NCBI GenBank assembly: GCA_963728915.1
Contig: CAVSLV010000001.1
Location: 64,001-128,000, forward strand
Reading direction: 5' to 3'
Length of the DNA stretch: 64,000 bases
Source of the DNA: an uncultured Gemmatimonadales bacterium
GTDB lineage: Bacteria > Gemmatimonadota > Gemmatimonadetes > Gemmatimonadales > GWC2-71-9
In this document: one piece after another, positions 37,180 to 46,547 of the stretch
Layout: every line of letters starts with the position of its first letter
How positions within the stretch are numbered: the stretch's first letter is position 1
Translations under genes and position numbers: made by a program
The notes under the pieces: model-generated
The model's database searches: none
Seen by the model: the letters and a program-made list of their open reading frames with translations, nothing else
Told to the model about the DNA's origin: nothing

Positions 37180-38154
37180 CTAGGAGTCGAGCACCAGCGC
37201 GGCGATGAGCGGCATCACGATCGACGCATCGGACTCGATGATGTAGCTGGGCGTATCCGGCGCCAGTTTCCCCCAGGTGATCTTCTCGTTCGGGACCGCT
37301 CCCGAGTAGCTCCCATAGCTCGTGGTGGAATCGCTGATCTGGCAGAAGTAGGCCCACAAGGGGACCTCGGTGCGGCCGAGATCCTGGTGGAGCATCGGGA
37401 CGACGCAGATGGGGAAGTCGCCCGCGATCCCCCCCGCAATCTGGAAGAAGCCGATCGGGTGGCTCGTGCTGGTCTGCTGATACCAGGCGGCCAGCGCGGT
37501 CATGTATTCGATCCCGGTCCGCACCGTGTGCACGTTGCCGATGTGCTGCTCGATGCAATGCCCCGCGTACATGTTTCCGAGGGTCGAGTCTTCCCAGCCC
37601 GGCACGAACATCGGCAGATTCGCCTCGGCGGCGGCCATCATCCAGCTGTCCCGGGGATCGATCTGGTAGTGCGGCCGCAGATCGCCGCTTCGGAGAATCC
37701 GGAACATGAACTCGTGGGGGAAGAGCCGTTCCTTCCGCTGATCGGCCGACTGCCACTCCGTGAGCACGGCCGACTCGATTCGTCGCATCGCCTCGCCTTC
37801 CGGGATGCAGGTATCGGTCACCCGATTGAGATGGCGGGCGAGGAGCGCCGCCTCATCGCCCGGCGTGAGATCTCGGTAGCGGGGAATCCGCTCGTAGTGA
37901 TCGTGGGCGACCAGGTTGAAGACATCCTCCTCGAGGTTGGCTCCGGTACAGCTGATCCCGTGGATCTTCTTCTGCCGGATCAGCTCCGCGATGGAGATCC
38001 CGAGCTCCGCGGTGCTCATGGCCCCGGCGATGGTCAGAAACATCCGGCCCCCGGCATCGAGCAGGGCGCGCCACCCGTCCGCCGCTTCGATGACGGTCGC
38101 CGCGTTGAAGTGCCGGAAGTGGTGACGGAGGTAGCGGGAGACCGGATTCGCCAT
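37180..38154 (-). CDS. Deoxyhypusine-synthase-like protein (polyamine aminobutyl/aminopropyl transferase family)
   Basis: AGAMSTAELG, TGANLEED, RVTDTCI, SYSGAVPNEKITWGK (catalytic Lys) and ESDASIVMPL. Confidence 0.9.
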   Translation of the reverse strand: MANPVSRYLRHHFRHFNAATVIEAADGWRALLDAGGRMFLTIAGAMSTAELGISIAELIRQKKIHGISCTGANLEEDVFNLVAHDHYERIPRYRDLTPGDEAALLARHLNRVTDTCIPEGEAMRRIESAVLTEWQSADQRKERLFPHEFMFRILRSGDLRPHYQIDPRDSWMMAAAEANLPMFVPGWEDSTLGNMYAGHCIEQHIGNVHTVRTGIEYMTALAAWYQQTSTSHPIGFFQIAGGIAGDFPICVVPMLHQDLGRTEVPLWAYFCQISDSTTSYGSYSGAVPNEKITWGKLAPDTPSYIIESDASIVMPLIAALVLDS

Positions 38155-38170
38155 GGTCAACAGAATAACC

Positions 38171-39118
38171 TCAGGCCGGACCCGCTTCCAGCGCGGCCAG
38201 CTCCCGCGCCTCGGTGCGTAACACGGCCCGCGCCTCTTCGAGCTCGACTTCCCGGAAGCGGATCCGGGTTCCCGGCACGCACTGCGCCAAGCGGTCCAGG
38301 TCCGGACGCACCACCACCGCGATCTTGGGGTATCCCCCGACGGTGGGTCCATCGGGCATCAGGACGATGGGCTGACCGTTGTCGGGGACCTGGATGGCGC
38401 CGGGACAGGCCGCCTCCGAGGGAAGGGTCGCCTGATCGCGAGGCGGAATCGCCGGTCCGGTGAGCCGGTAGCCCGCCCGATCGGAAGCGCGGTCGACGAT
38501 GAACTCCTCCGCGAGCAGCCCCCGGCAGGCCGGTTCATCGAACCGCTCCCACTGAGGACCGCGGGTGATCCGGATCACCCGGACCGCTTCCGGCTCGGGC
38601 CGCCGTCCGATGTCCTGACGGACCCGGGCCATGAGCTCGGCCGGCGGGGAGGAGAGGGCCGTGCCGATCTCGAGCCCGTCTTCCGCCCGGAGCCGGCGTC
38701 CCCCGAGTCCGCCGAGGCCGCCCGGCAGGTAGGTCGACCGGCTCCCTAACACGGGCTCCGTGGCGATGCCCCCGGCGACCGCCAGGTAGCAGAAGGCCGG
38801 CGTGCACCCCGGAATCAGGATCACCTCGGTTCCGCTCGGCACGTCCACCGCGATCGCCTCCCCGATCGTTTGCCCGTCCAGTCGCACTTCGGCGGGCCCG
38901 ATCGCGGTGAACCGATGGCGCTGTTCGCAGCGGATCGCGAGCGGCCCGAGCGACCATTCCAGGGCCGCCGCACCGGGCCGGTTCCCGAGGGACAGATTGG
39001 CGAGCTGGAGCGCGCGCCGATCCATGGCGCCGCTTTCGGGCAGCCCGAACGCGCGACCGGCCGGGAATCCGAGGTCCTGCACCACGGCGTGTGGCGGGGG
39101 TTTGACGATCCGGATCAT
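38171..39118 (-). CDS. pxpC: 5-oxoprolinase subunit C (carboxyltransferase-like)
   Basis: VVQDLG...GAMD, YLAVAGG...VLGSRST, SDRAGYRL and GAIQVPDNGQPIVLMPDGPTVGGYPKIA. Confidence 0.9.
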   Translation of the reverse strand: MIRIVKPPPHAVVQDLGFPAGRAFGLPESGAMDRRALQLANLSLGNRPGAAALEWSLGPLAIRCEQRHRFTAIGPAEVRLDGQTIGEAIAVDVPSGTEVILIPGCTPAFCYLAVAGGIATEPVLGSRSTYLPGGLGGLGGRRLRAEDGLEIGTALSSPPAELMARVRQDIGRRPEPEAVRVIRITRGPQWERFDEPACRGLLAEEFIVDRASDRAGYRLTGPAIPPRDQATLPSEAACPGAIQVPDNGQPIVLMPDGPTVGGYPKIAVVVRPDLDRLAQCVPGTRIRFREVELEEARAVLRTEARELAALEAGPA

Positions 39119-39774
39119 CCGATGTCCTCGAAGCGCACCCGATCGCCGGGACGAAGCAGGGCCGGGGGCGTTCGGGTTCGATCGAACAGGGCCAGCTCGG
39201 TCCGGCCGAGCAGATGCCAGCCGCCCGGAGTCGCGAGCGGGTACACCGCGGTCTGGGCTCCCGCGATGGCCACCGAGCCGGCCGGGACCTGGAGCCGGGG
39301 GCTGTCCCGCCGGGGAAGCCGGAGCGCCGGATCGAGCTCGCCCAGATAGGCGAACCCGGGGGCGAACCCGAGGAGGTACACCACGTACTCCGGTCCGGTG
39401 TGGCGGCGGATCACTTCGTCGCGGGTTAGGCCGGTGCGCCGGGCGACCAGATCGAGATCCGCCCCGTCGTAGCGGGTGGGGATGGTCACCAGCCGGGAAT
39501 CGGAGGTCGGACCCGGGCCATCCCCGGGCAGCGGGAGCGAAGTCAGGTGGGCCAGCTCCCGGCCGATCGCGGCCGCGTCGGCCTGGGGGTCGCAGAACAC
39601 GGTGACCGCGGCGTAGGCGGGAACGATCTCGCGGACTCCCGCCGGCGGCTTCGCCGCGATCGCGCGGGCCAGCCGCACCACCTGGCGGTGGAGCGCCGGG
39701 TCGACCCGATCGCCCAGCACCAGGGTCCAGGCGGATTCCCCGAGGGGCAACAGCCGGGGTTCCAGCGGATTCAC
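39115..39774 (-). CDS. pxpB: 5-oxoprolinase subunit B
   Basis: EIVPAYAAV, GFAPGFAYL, PAGSVAIAG and YPLATPGGWHLLGRT. Confidence 0.92.
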   Translation of the reverse strand: MNPLEPRLLPLGESAWTLVLGDRVDPALHRQVVRLARAIAAKPPAGVREIVPAYAAVTVFCDPQADAAAIGRELAHLTSLPLPGDGPGPTSDSRLVTIPTRYDGADLDLVARRTGLTRDEVIRRHTGPEYVVYLLGFAPGFAYLGELDPALRLPRRDSPRLQVPAGSVAIAGAQTAVYPLATPGGWHLLGRTELALFDRTRTPPALLRPGDRVRFEDIG

Positions 39775-40532
39775 TTGACGAAGGGCGCCAGCGTGATGCC
39801 TTCGGCCTCGAAGCGATGGCGCACCGCGCGCACGATGGAGGCTGCGTTGGGGCTATCGCCATGGACGCACAGGGAGTCTGCCCGCACGATGCAGCGGGTC
39901 CCGTCAATCGCGACCACGTAATGGTCCTGCACCATCCGGAGGGCCCGCTCCGCGATGGCGTCGATGTCGTCGAGGACCGCGCCGGCCTCGCTTCGGGGAA
40001 GCAGCTGCCCATCGGGCTGGTAGGCGCGGTCCACGAAGGCCTCCCGGGCGACATCGAGCCCGGTCTCCGACGCCGCGGTGAGGAGCGCGCTGCCTTCCGG
40101 GCCGAGGATGACCAGATCGGTGTCCATCTGCCGCAGGGCGTAGGTCACGCTCTTCGCGACGTCCCGGTCGCGCGCGGCCCGGTGGTAGAGCGCCCCGTGC
40201 AGCTTGACGTAGCGGACCCGGGTGCCGGCGGCCCGGCAGAACCCCTCGAGGGCGCCCACCTGGTACAGCACGTCCGCGGCGAGCTCGGCGGGCGAGGCGG
40301 CCAGCTCGCGACGGCCGAAGCCGACCAGGTCGCGGTACCCCGGATGGGCCCCGATGGTGACCCCCCGGCCTGCGGCCGCGCCCACCATCCGCTGCATGAC
40401 CAGGGGGTCTCCCCCGTGAAAGCCGCACGCGATGTTGGCGGAGGTGACCAGCGCCAGCAGCTCTTCGTCGCCACTCAGCTGATACCGGCCGAAGCTCTCG
40501 CCCAGGTCGGCATTGAGGTCGATACGGGTCAC
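39771..40532 (-). CDS. pxpA: 5-oxoprolinase subunit A (LamB/YcsF)
   Basis: GTG 40532, TRIDLNADLGESFG; also SANIACGFHGGDP, GAHPGY.D..GFGRR, EAFVDRAY and LCVHGD. Confidence 0.93.
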   Translation of the reverse strand: MTRIDLNADLGESFGRYQLSGDEELLALVTSANIACGFHGGDPLVMQRMVGAAAGRGVTIGAHPGYRDLVGFGRRELAASPAELAADVLYQVGALEGFCRAAGTRVRYVKLHGALYHRAARDRDVAKSVTYALRQMDTDLVILGPEGSALLTAASETGLDVAREAFVDRAYQPDGQLLPRSEAGAVLDDIDAIAERALRMVQDHYVVAIDGTRCIVRADSLCVHGDSPNAASIVRAVRHRFEAEGITLAPFVK

Positions 40533-40627
40533 CCGGGGCTCCGCGAAAGGTGCCTGAAGACTGCCGCCGCGACGGACCGCGAGCAAGGTCGGCCCGGTCC
40601 CGGCGGGGCCGGCGCCGTTCGGGAAAG

Positions 40628-40666
40628 ATATTTTGATTTGACAAATCAAAATATGTCTCCTAGGCT
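40628..40666 (+). promoter_or_regulatory. 27-bp AT-rich palindromic operator overlapping a consensus -35; marR promoter
   Basis: ATATTTTGATTTG-A-CAAATCAAAATAT (40628-40654); TTGACA (40638-43)-N17-TAGGCT (40661-66). Confidence 0.8.
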
Positions 40667-40671
40667 TGAGC

Positions 40672-41145
40672 GTGCCTCCCACCGCCGCGCGCGCTGCTCG
40701 CCGGGTCGTCCACGCCGTTCCCCTGGTGCTGGCCGCCTGCCGGCGCCGGGAAGTCGGCGAGCCGGGCAGCCGGATCCGCCTGAGCGCGCACCTGGCCGGC
40801 CTCCTCGAACACCTCGACCTCGTGAGCCCGCTGGCCCCCGGCGAGCTGGCCCGGCGCCTCCGGGTGACCCCGGCCACCGTCTCCCTTCAGGTGGCCCGCT
40901 TGATCGCCCTGCGTCTGGTGGTCCGCTCCCAGGATTCCCAGGATGCCCGCCGCGCCTGGCTCCGGCTCACCCCGGCGGGGGCCCGGCTGCGCGACCAGCG
41001 CAGCCTGCTCGATCCGGAAGCGGTCGAAGCCATGCTGCTCACCCTTCCCGCCTCGGAGCGCGAACGGGCGGTCGCCGGCATCGAATCGCTGGGCCAGGCC
41101 GCCCAGCGCTACTCCGCTCCGTCCCTCCGAACCCCCGTCGCATGA
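40672..41145 (+). CDS. MarR-family winged-helix regulator
   Basis: LAPGELARRLRVTPATVSLQVARLIALRLVVR...DARRAWLRLTPAG. Start is GTG 40672 or TTG 40666. Confidence 0.88.
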   Translation: MPPTAARAARRVVHAVPLVLAACRRREVGEPGSRIRLSAHLAGLLEHLDLVSPLAPGELARRLRVTPATVSLQVARLIALRLVVRSQDSQDARRAWLRLTPAGARLRDQRSLLDPEAVEAMLLTLPASERERAVAGIESLGQAAQRYSAPSLRTPVA

Positions 41146-41699
41146 ACTGGATCGAACGCCGGAAGCGGTCCCACCGCCGCCGCCAGATGCTGCGCGGCTC
41201 GCTCGCCGGGGCGGCGGTCCTCGCCGTCCTCGCCCTTGCCGGCGTCGTGCTGCCGGGAGAGAGCGTCCGGAGGGGCACGCTCACGATCTCACGCTCCCGC
41301 GAATCGATCTGGCGGATCCTCACCGATCTCGACGGCATGCCGCGCTGGCGGTCCGACATCACCGCGCTCGAGCGACTGCCCGATCGGGACGGGAGGCCGG
41401 TCTGGCGCGAAAACGACGGGGGGAGCGTCCGAGTGCTCCAGCTCGCCCTGATCGAACCGCCCCGCCGGCTGGAGATGCGGCCGGTCACGGGTTATGGCGG
41501 GGACGACCGGATGATCGAGCTCGAGGAGACCGGCGGGGGAAGCGGAACCAGGGTGCGGGTGATCGAGCGCCACGCGGTGAGCCCGCTGGGACGCTTGTTC
41601 GCGCGACTCGGCCGCTCCCGCCATGCCGCGCCGGTATTCCTGCAGGACCTGGCCCGCCGGCTTGGAGGAGAAAGGCAGCAGGTCGCCAGTACGCCGTAA
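41142..41699 (+). CDS. SRPBCC (polyketide cyclase/START-like) protein with an N-terminal TM helix
   Basis: ATGA overlap with marR; ISRSRESIWRILTDLDGMPRWRSD and EPPRRL. Confidence 0.8.
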   Translation: MNWIERRKRSHRRRQMLRGSLAGAAVLAVLALAGVVLPGESVRRGTLTISRSRESIWRILTDLDGMPRWRSDITALERLPDRDGRPVWRENDGGSVRVLQLALIEPPRRLEMRPVTGYGGDDRMIELEETGGGSGTRVRVIERHAVSPLGRLFARLGRSRHAAPVFLQDLARRLGGERQQVASTP

Positions 41700-41765
41700 C
41701 GCCGGGCTTGCTCAATCGCTCCGGCCCGCGCAACGTTGGGCTTCCCGATCATCCAAGAGGCTGGC

Positions 41766-42605
41766 ATGTCGAGGACCGCATCGTTCGTGCTCGCCCTGAC
41801 GTTGCTCCAGGCGGCCGGCACCGGAGCCGGATCCGCCCAGTCCCGGGTGACCCGCTATGTCCGCTATGCCGACGCGGGCCGGATTGCCTACGGTATTCTC
41901 GAGGGCGACCGGATTCAGCAGCTGACCGGCGACCTGTTCCAGAATCCCCGGGCCACCGGCCGCACCGTGGCCCTGGACCGGGTGAAGCTCCTGGCTCCCT
42001 GCGTCCCCGGCAAAGTCATCGCCGTGGGATTGAACTACAAGACCCATCTGGGAGAGCGTCCCGCGGCGGCGTATCCCGGACTGTTCGCCAAGCTGCCCAG
42101 CAGCATCGTGGGCCCCGACGCCGACATCATGTACCCGGCCGACGCCGAGAACCTCCACTATGAGGGCGAGCTGGTGGTGGTCATCGGGAAACGGGCCCAG
42201 AACGTGTCGGTCGCCGAGGCCCCCGGCTACATCTTCGGGGTGACGGCGGGGAACGACGTGAGCGAACGGAACTGGCAGCGGAACGATCTCCAGTGGTTCC
42301 GCGCCAAGGCCAGCGACACCTTCGGGCCGCTGGGTCCGGCGATCGCGACCGGGCTCGATTACGGGAACCTGCTGCTGGAAACCCGGCTCAACGGAGAAAC
42401 GGTGCAGTCCCAGCGCACCGCCGATCTGATCTTCGACGTTCCCACCATCGTGAGCTACGTGAGCCGTTACGTCACCCTCGAGCCGGGGGACGTGATCTAC
42501 ACCGGCACCCCGGGCACCACCCGGCCGATGAAGCCCGGTGATACCGTGGAGGTGCAGATCGAGGGGATCGGCGTGCTCAGGAACCGGGTGGCATCGGCGC
42601 GTTAG
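41766..42605 (+). CDS. Fumarylacetoacetate hydrolase family protein with an apparent signal peptide
   Basis: KVIAVGLNY, HYEGELVVVIG, NDVSER, KASDTFGPLGP and LEPGDVIYTGTPG. The N-terminus is MSRTASFVLALTLLQAA...SAQ. Confidence 0.9.
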   Translation: MSRTASFVLALTLLQAAGTGAGSAQSRVTRYVRYADAGRIAYGILEGDRIQQLTGDLFQNPRATGRTVALDRVKLLAPCVPGKVIAVGLNYKTHLGERPAAAYPGLFAKLPSSIVGPDADIMYPADAENLHYEGELVVVIGKRAQNVSVAEAPGYIFGVTAGNDVSERNWQRNDLQWFRAKASDTFGPLGPAIATGLDYGNLLLETRLNGETVQSQRTADLIFDVPTIVSYVSRYVTLEPGDVIYTGTPGTTRPMKPGDTVEVQIEGIGVLRNRVASAR

Positions 42606-44868
42606 GATCGCGCGGGACTTTGTGGTAGGGAACCGGCGGAGCGACCAGCTCCTCCGGGGTCCCGCCCTGGACGATTCGATAGCGGCGATCGAGCGCGAGG
42701 CCCGGAAAGGTGCTGGTGGTCCGTTGCGCATCGGGCCACCGGATGATCACCTGGTCAATCGCGACCGCCCGGTCCAGTCCGATGTGCAGCTCGAGCGGGC
42801 TCGAACCGAAGGAGCCGCCGGTGCTCACCGCTCGATGGATGGACCGCCGGGCGCCCGAGGCCTGGCGGGTCACGACTTCGACCCGGGCGCCGATCGCCGA
42901 TCGATTGGCGGTCCTGCCCTCGAGAACCAGGGTGATCCAGCGCCGGTCCGGCCAGCCCGGGTTCTCGAACAGCACGTTGGCGAAGCGGTCTCCCTCGTAG
43001 GCGCCCCCCATCACCATGTACACATCCTCGCGTCCTGATCGGGTGAAATCGGCAAAGGCGGCGGCATGCCCCTTCTGGATGTGCCCGAATCCGCCCGGGA
43101 TCGTCACCTCATCGAAGCCCTGTCCGTTCCGGTTGCGGAACATCCGGTTGGGCACCACCGAGTTGAGATCGGGAGTGCCGGTCCCGACGTAGAAATCGAG
43201 CCAGCCGTCGTTGTCGAGATCGCCGAAGTTGCTGCCCATTCCCCAGATCGCCTTGGCGATCCCGGCGGGTTGGCTCTGGTCGGTGAAGGTGCCGTTCCGA
43301 TTGTTGTGAAACAGGCGCGGGTGCTCCACCTCCACGACCGAATCGCCATGGGCGATGCGCAGCGGAAGTCCCAGATACTCGCGCGCGGCCGCTTCGGGCA
43401 CTTCGTTGACGTGTCGCAGGTCATAGCTCAGGACCAGCAAGTCTTCCCAGCCGTCATTGTCGTAGTCGAAGAACCAGGCCGGGAAGGAGAAGACCGGCTC
43501 CTCGACTCCCGCCTTCCGCGCCACCTCCTCGAAGTGCCAGGCGTCCGGCGATGCGCCCCCGCGATTGAGATAGAGCCGGTTGGGTCCGCCCATCACCGAC
43601 ACGAACAGATCAGGCAGCCCGTCATTGTTCACGTCTCCCCAGACCGCTCCTTTCACGAATTCGTCCAGGTCCACGCCGACCTGATGGGAAACCTCCCGGA
43701 AGGTCCCGTTGCAGTTGCTGAGATAGAGCTCGGACCGGTTGGAGTCGGGCGGCGCCCCGGGCTGGAAAGTGCGTTGCGACTCGTTTCCGATGAAGAGATC
43801 GAGACAGCCGTCGAGGTTCCAATCCGCCCACGCGGCAGTTTGGGTGGGGTGGAACGAGAGGAGGCCGGCCCGGGCGGTGACGTCCTCGAAGGTGCCATCG
43901 CCGCGGTTCCGGAGCAGGGAATTGGGAAAACCACCCTGGGCGCCCAGCCAGGCGCCGCGGAGCACCAGGAGGTCGGGATGCCCGTCGTTGTCGTAGTCGG
44001 CGTGGACCACGTTGAGGCCGCCGGTCAGGCCATCGAGCCCCGCCTCGGCGGTGCGGTCGACGAATCCGCCCTTGCCGTCCGCCAGGAAGAGCTGGGCCTG
44101 GTCATCGAGACCGAAGGAGGTCATGAACACATCGAGAAGGCCGTCCCCGTTGAAATCCTCCACCGCCAGCCCGCCTGCATGGCCCATGACGCCGAGCCGG
44201 AGCTCCCCGGCAATGTTCGGGAAGCGCGGGAAGGACGGCTTGGCGGGAAGCTCCATGGCGGTCAGGAGATACTTCGAGGGCACGCCTTCGGGATACTCTC
44301 CCACAGCCATGTACGCGATGTTGAGGAGCCAGCGGGCGCCATGGTCCTCCGGAAACGCGGCCAGAATCTTCGAGAACAAGGTGATCGCCTGGCGCGCCCC
44401 TTCGTCGTGGCGGTGCAGGCCCTCGCCCGCCAACGGGAGGATGCAGACCTCGGCGGCGGGATTATCGATGCAATTCTCCTGTTCGCCCAGCCGCAAGTAT
44501 CCCATGGCCAGCAAGTCGAAGAGCGGCTTGGCCTCGGGCGGAATGCGCTCCCCGCCGGGATCGAATCCCGCAGCCCGGATGATCCGTTCCAGCTCCTGGA
44601 TGGCCTCCCGATTCTGATTCGCGCGGAGCCGCTCCTGCACCACGAGAAATCGATTGCGTAGCGAGGCGAGACGGGGCTCCCGGACCAGCGTGCTCTCCAT
44701 GACCACGGCGCGACGCCCATTGAGATAGGGAAACTGCATCGGATCGGCCTGGGCATGGTCGGAGAGGGCCGCGAGGGTGTCGACCATCCGGCGTGTCGAC
44801 GTTCGCGGAGCCTGCTCGGCTCCACAGGCCGCGACGAGAAGGAGCAACGCAGTGGTCCAGCGATTCAT
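42577..44868 (-). CDS. CRTAC1/ASPIC-UnbV family FG-GAP repeat lipoprotein
   Basis: Lipobox VAAC, repeated DxNxDGxxDL motifs, and C-terminal NRSAIGARV...LHIGL...IRWP. Confidence 0.9.
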   Translation of the reverse strand: MNRWTTALLLLVAACGAEQAPRTSTRRMVDTLAALSDHAQADPMQFPYLNGRRAVVMESTLVREPRLASLRNRFLVVQERLRANQNREAIQELERIIRAAGFDPGGERIPPEAKPLFDLLAMGYLRLGEQENCIDNPAAEVCILPLAGEGLHRHDEGARQAITLFSKILAAFPEDHGARWLLNIAYMAVGEYPEGVPSKYLLTAMELPAKPSFPRFPNIAGELRLGVMGHAGGLAVEDFNGDGLLDVFMTSFGLDDQAQLFLADGKGGFVDRTAEAGLDGLTGGLNVVHADYDNDGHPDLLVLRGAWLGAQGGFPNSLLRNRGDGTFEDVTARAGLLSFHPTQTAAWADWNLDGCLDLFIGNESQRTFQPGAPPDSNRSELYLSNCNGTFREVSHQVGVDLDEFVKGAVWGDVNNDGLPDLFVSVMGGPNRLYLNRGGASPDAWHFEEVARKAGVEEPVFSFPAWFFDYDNDGWEDLLVLSYDLRHVNEVPEAAAREYLGLPLRIAHGDSVVEVEHPRLFHNNRNGTFTDQSQPAGIAKAIWGMGSNFGDLDNDGWLDFYVGTGTPDLNSVVPNRMFRNRNGQGFDEVTIPGGFGHIQKGHAAAFADFTRSGREDVYMVMGGAYEGDRFANVLFENPGWPDRRWITLVLEGRTANRSAIGARVEVVTRQASGARRSIHRAVSTGGSFGSSPLELHIGLDRAVAIDQVIIRWPDAQRTTSTFPGLALDRRYRIVQGGTPEELVAPPVPYHKVPRDPNAPMPPGS

Positions 44869-44884
44869 GCGAGATCCCTTGGCG

Positions 44885-45322
44885 TCAGTCGTCATGACGG
44901 ACCCGGCCGCGCAGCTGCTTGAGCTCCCCACGGCGTCGCTTGGCGTCCAGTCGTTCCCGTTTTGCCGAGGCGGGCAGCCGGGTCCGCTTGCGCGGCTTCC
45001 GGGGAAGACTGGCCCGGGCCAGCAGGTTCGCCAGCCGGGTGGTCACCTCTTCCCGGTTCCGAAGCTGGCTGCGGGAGGCCGATGCGGTCAGGCGAAGCCA
45101 GCCTTCGCGGTCCAGTCGCGAAGCCAGCCGTTCACGGATCAGGGCGCGCTGCGCCTCGCTCGGTGCGGAGCTGGTCTCCAGATTCCACCAGAGCTCGATC
45201 CGGGTCGAAGACGTGTTGACGTGCTGTCCCCCGGGACCTCCCGAGCGAGAGGCGCGATAGACCAGCTCGGCCGTGGGAATCCGGAGCTGTTTGCCGGCGG
45301 TCAGCCAGCCTTCCTGCACCAT
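44885..45322 (-). CDS. arfB: Alternative ribosome-rescue peptidyl-tRNA hydrolase ArfB
   Basis: RSGGPGGQHVN, RSQLRNRE and the basic C-tail PRKPRKRTR...KRERLDAKRRRGELK. Confidence 0.93.
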   Translation of the reverse strand: MVQEGWLTAGKQLRIPTAELVYRASRSGGPGGQHVNTSSTRIELWWNLETSSAPSEAQRALIRERLASRLDREGWLRLTASASRSQLRNREEVTTRLANLLARASLPRKPRKRTRLPASAKRERLDAKRRRGELKQLRGRVRHDD

Positions 45323-45360
45323 GCCTGCAATCTACCTGTGCCGCCACCTTACCTTTCAGG

Positions 45361-45924
45361 ATGCGGCTCTTTCTCGCGATCCCGCTGCCGCCAGCGGTGG
45401 CCAGTCAGGTCCAGGCGGTACTGGGCACGCTTCGATCGACCGGCTGGCCGGTTCGCTGGGTTCGCGACGGCGGCCTGCACGTCACCCTCAAGTTCTACGG
45501 GGAAGTGCCGGACCAGCGCCTCGAGGCGATCGAGGAAGTCGTCCGGACCGCGGCGGAAGGGACCGCGCCGATCGGCCTTGCCTTCGGGGAAACCGGTGGG
45601 TTCCCGACCCTCCGGAGGGCGCGGATCATCCGCCTCGCGGTGGAGCCGGAGCCGAAGCTCGAGCTGCTCCAGGACCGGGTCGAACGGGGATCGGAGGCCA
45701 TCGGCTATCCTCCCGAAGGCCGGCCGTTCTCTCCCCACGTCACCCTGGGCCGGGTTCGGGAAGGCGAGCGGCTCCCGCGCGAAGCCCCCGCGACGTTCGA
45801 ACGGACCCAGGTTCCCCGATCGTTCGTGGCCGATCGGGTCGTGGTGTACGAGAGCCGGCAGAGTCCCGATGGTCCCACCTACCATGAGCGAGTGGTCCAG
45901 CGACTCGGTGATGAGGCCGTCTGA
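45361..45924 (+). CDS. thpR: RNA 2',3'-cyclic phosphodiesterase (2H phosphoesterase, LigT)
   Basis: MRLFLAI and two HxT motifs (LHVTLKF, PHVTLGR). Confidence 0.92.
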   Translation: MRLFLAIPLPPAVASQVQAVLGTLRSTGWPVRWVRDGGLHVTLKFYGEVPDQRLEAIEEVVRTAAEGTAPIGLAFGETGGFPTLRRARIIRLAVEPEPKLELLQDRVERGSEAIGYPPEGRPFSPHVTLGRVREGERLPREAPATFERTQVPRSFVADRVVVYESRQSPDGPTYHERVVQRLGDEAV

Positions 45925-46547
45925 TGCGGGGTTGTCTTTCCTTGCCGTTCCGGTTGCTCACGCTGGTGCTGGTCGCGGGCCTCGTTCTGCTGGCCTACAA
46001 CTATCGTGTTGAGCTCCGGCACTGGGTGCACGGCTGGACCGCGGAGCCGGAGACGGCGGAAGGGCGCGCCGAGCCGGCGGGCCTGGCGGAAGGGCGCAGG
46101 AAACTGGCGCAGCTCGGAACCGGGAAGGATTCGGTGGTGCTCACCGCGACCGAGCTGGCGAGCCTCCTCTCCGGCGAGGCGAACAATCGCATCGCCCATG
46201 CGGCCGACAGTCTGACGGTCCGGTTGAGTCACGACCAGATCGAGGTTCGGGCCCTGGTGGATCCTCTCCCTCTGGGGGTGGGACCGGTGCTTCCCGTTCT
46301 CCGGGACCGGGAATGGGTCGAGGCCGGTGGACGGCTGCTGTACCGCCGGCCGGGGGTCGCCGAGTGGGACATAACCCGCGCGCGGCTCCGCGGGGTTCCC
46401 ATTCCCGGTTCGGTGATCGAGCACTTTCTCCGGCAGCTCTCGGGAACGGCGCCGGCCGCGGCGGCCGAGATTGCGCTGCCTCCCCGGGTGACCGGGCTGC
46501 GCACCGAGTCGCGAGGATTGGTTCTGTATGGAGGCCGGGCGCCATGA
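45924..46547 (+). CDS. Hypothetical membrane-anchored protein
   Basis: Single N-terminal TM helix, coupled to thpR and the next gene. Confidence 0.75.
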   Translation: MRGCLSLPFRLLTLVLVAGLVLLAYNYRVELRHWVHGWTAEPETAEGRAEPAGLAEGRRKLAQLGTGKDSVVLTATELASLLSGEANNRIAHAADSLTVRLSHDQIEVRALVDPLPLGVGPVLPVLRDREWVEAGGRLLYRRPGVAEWDITRARLRGVPIPGSVIEHFLRQLSGTAPAAAAEIALPPRVTGLRTESRGLVLYGGRAP

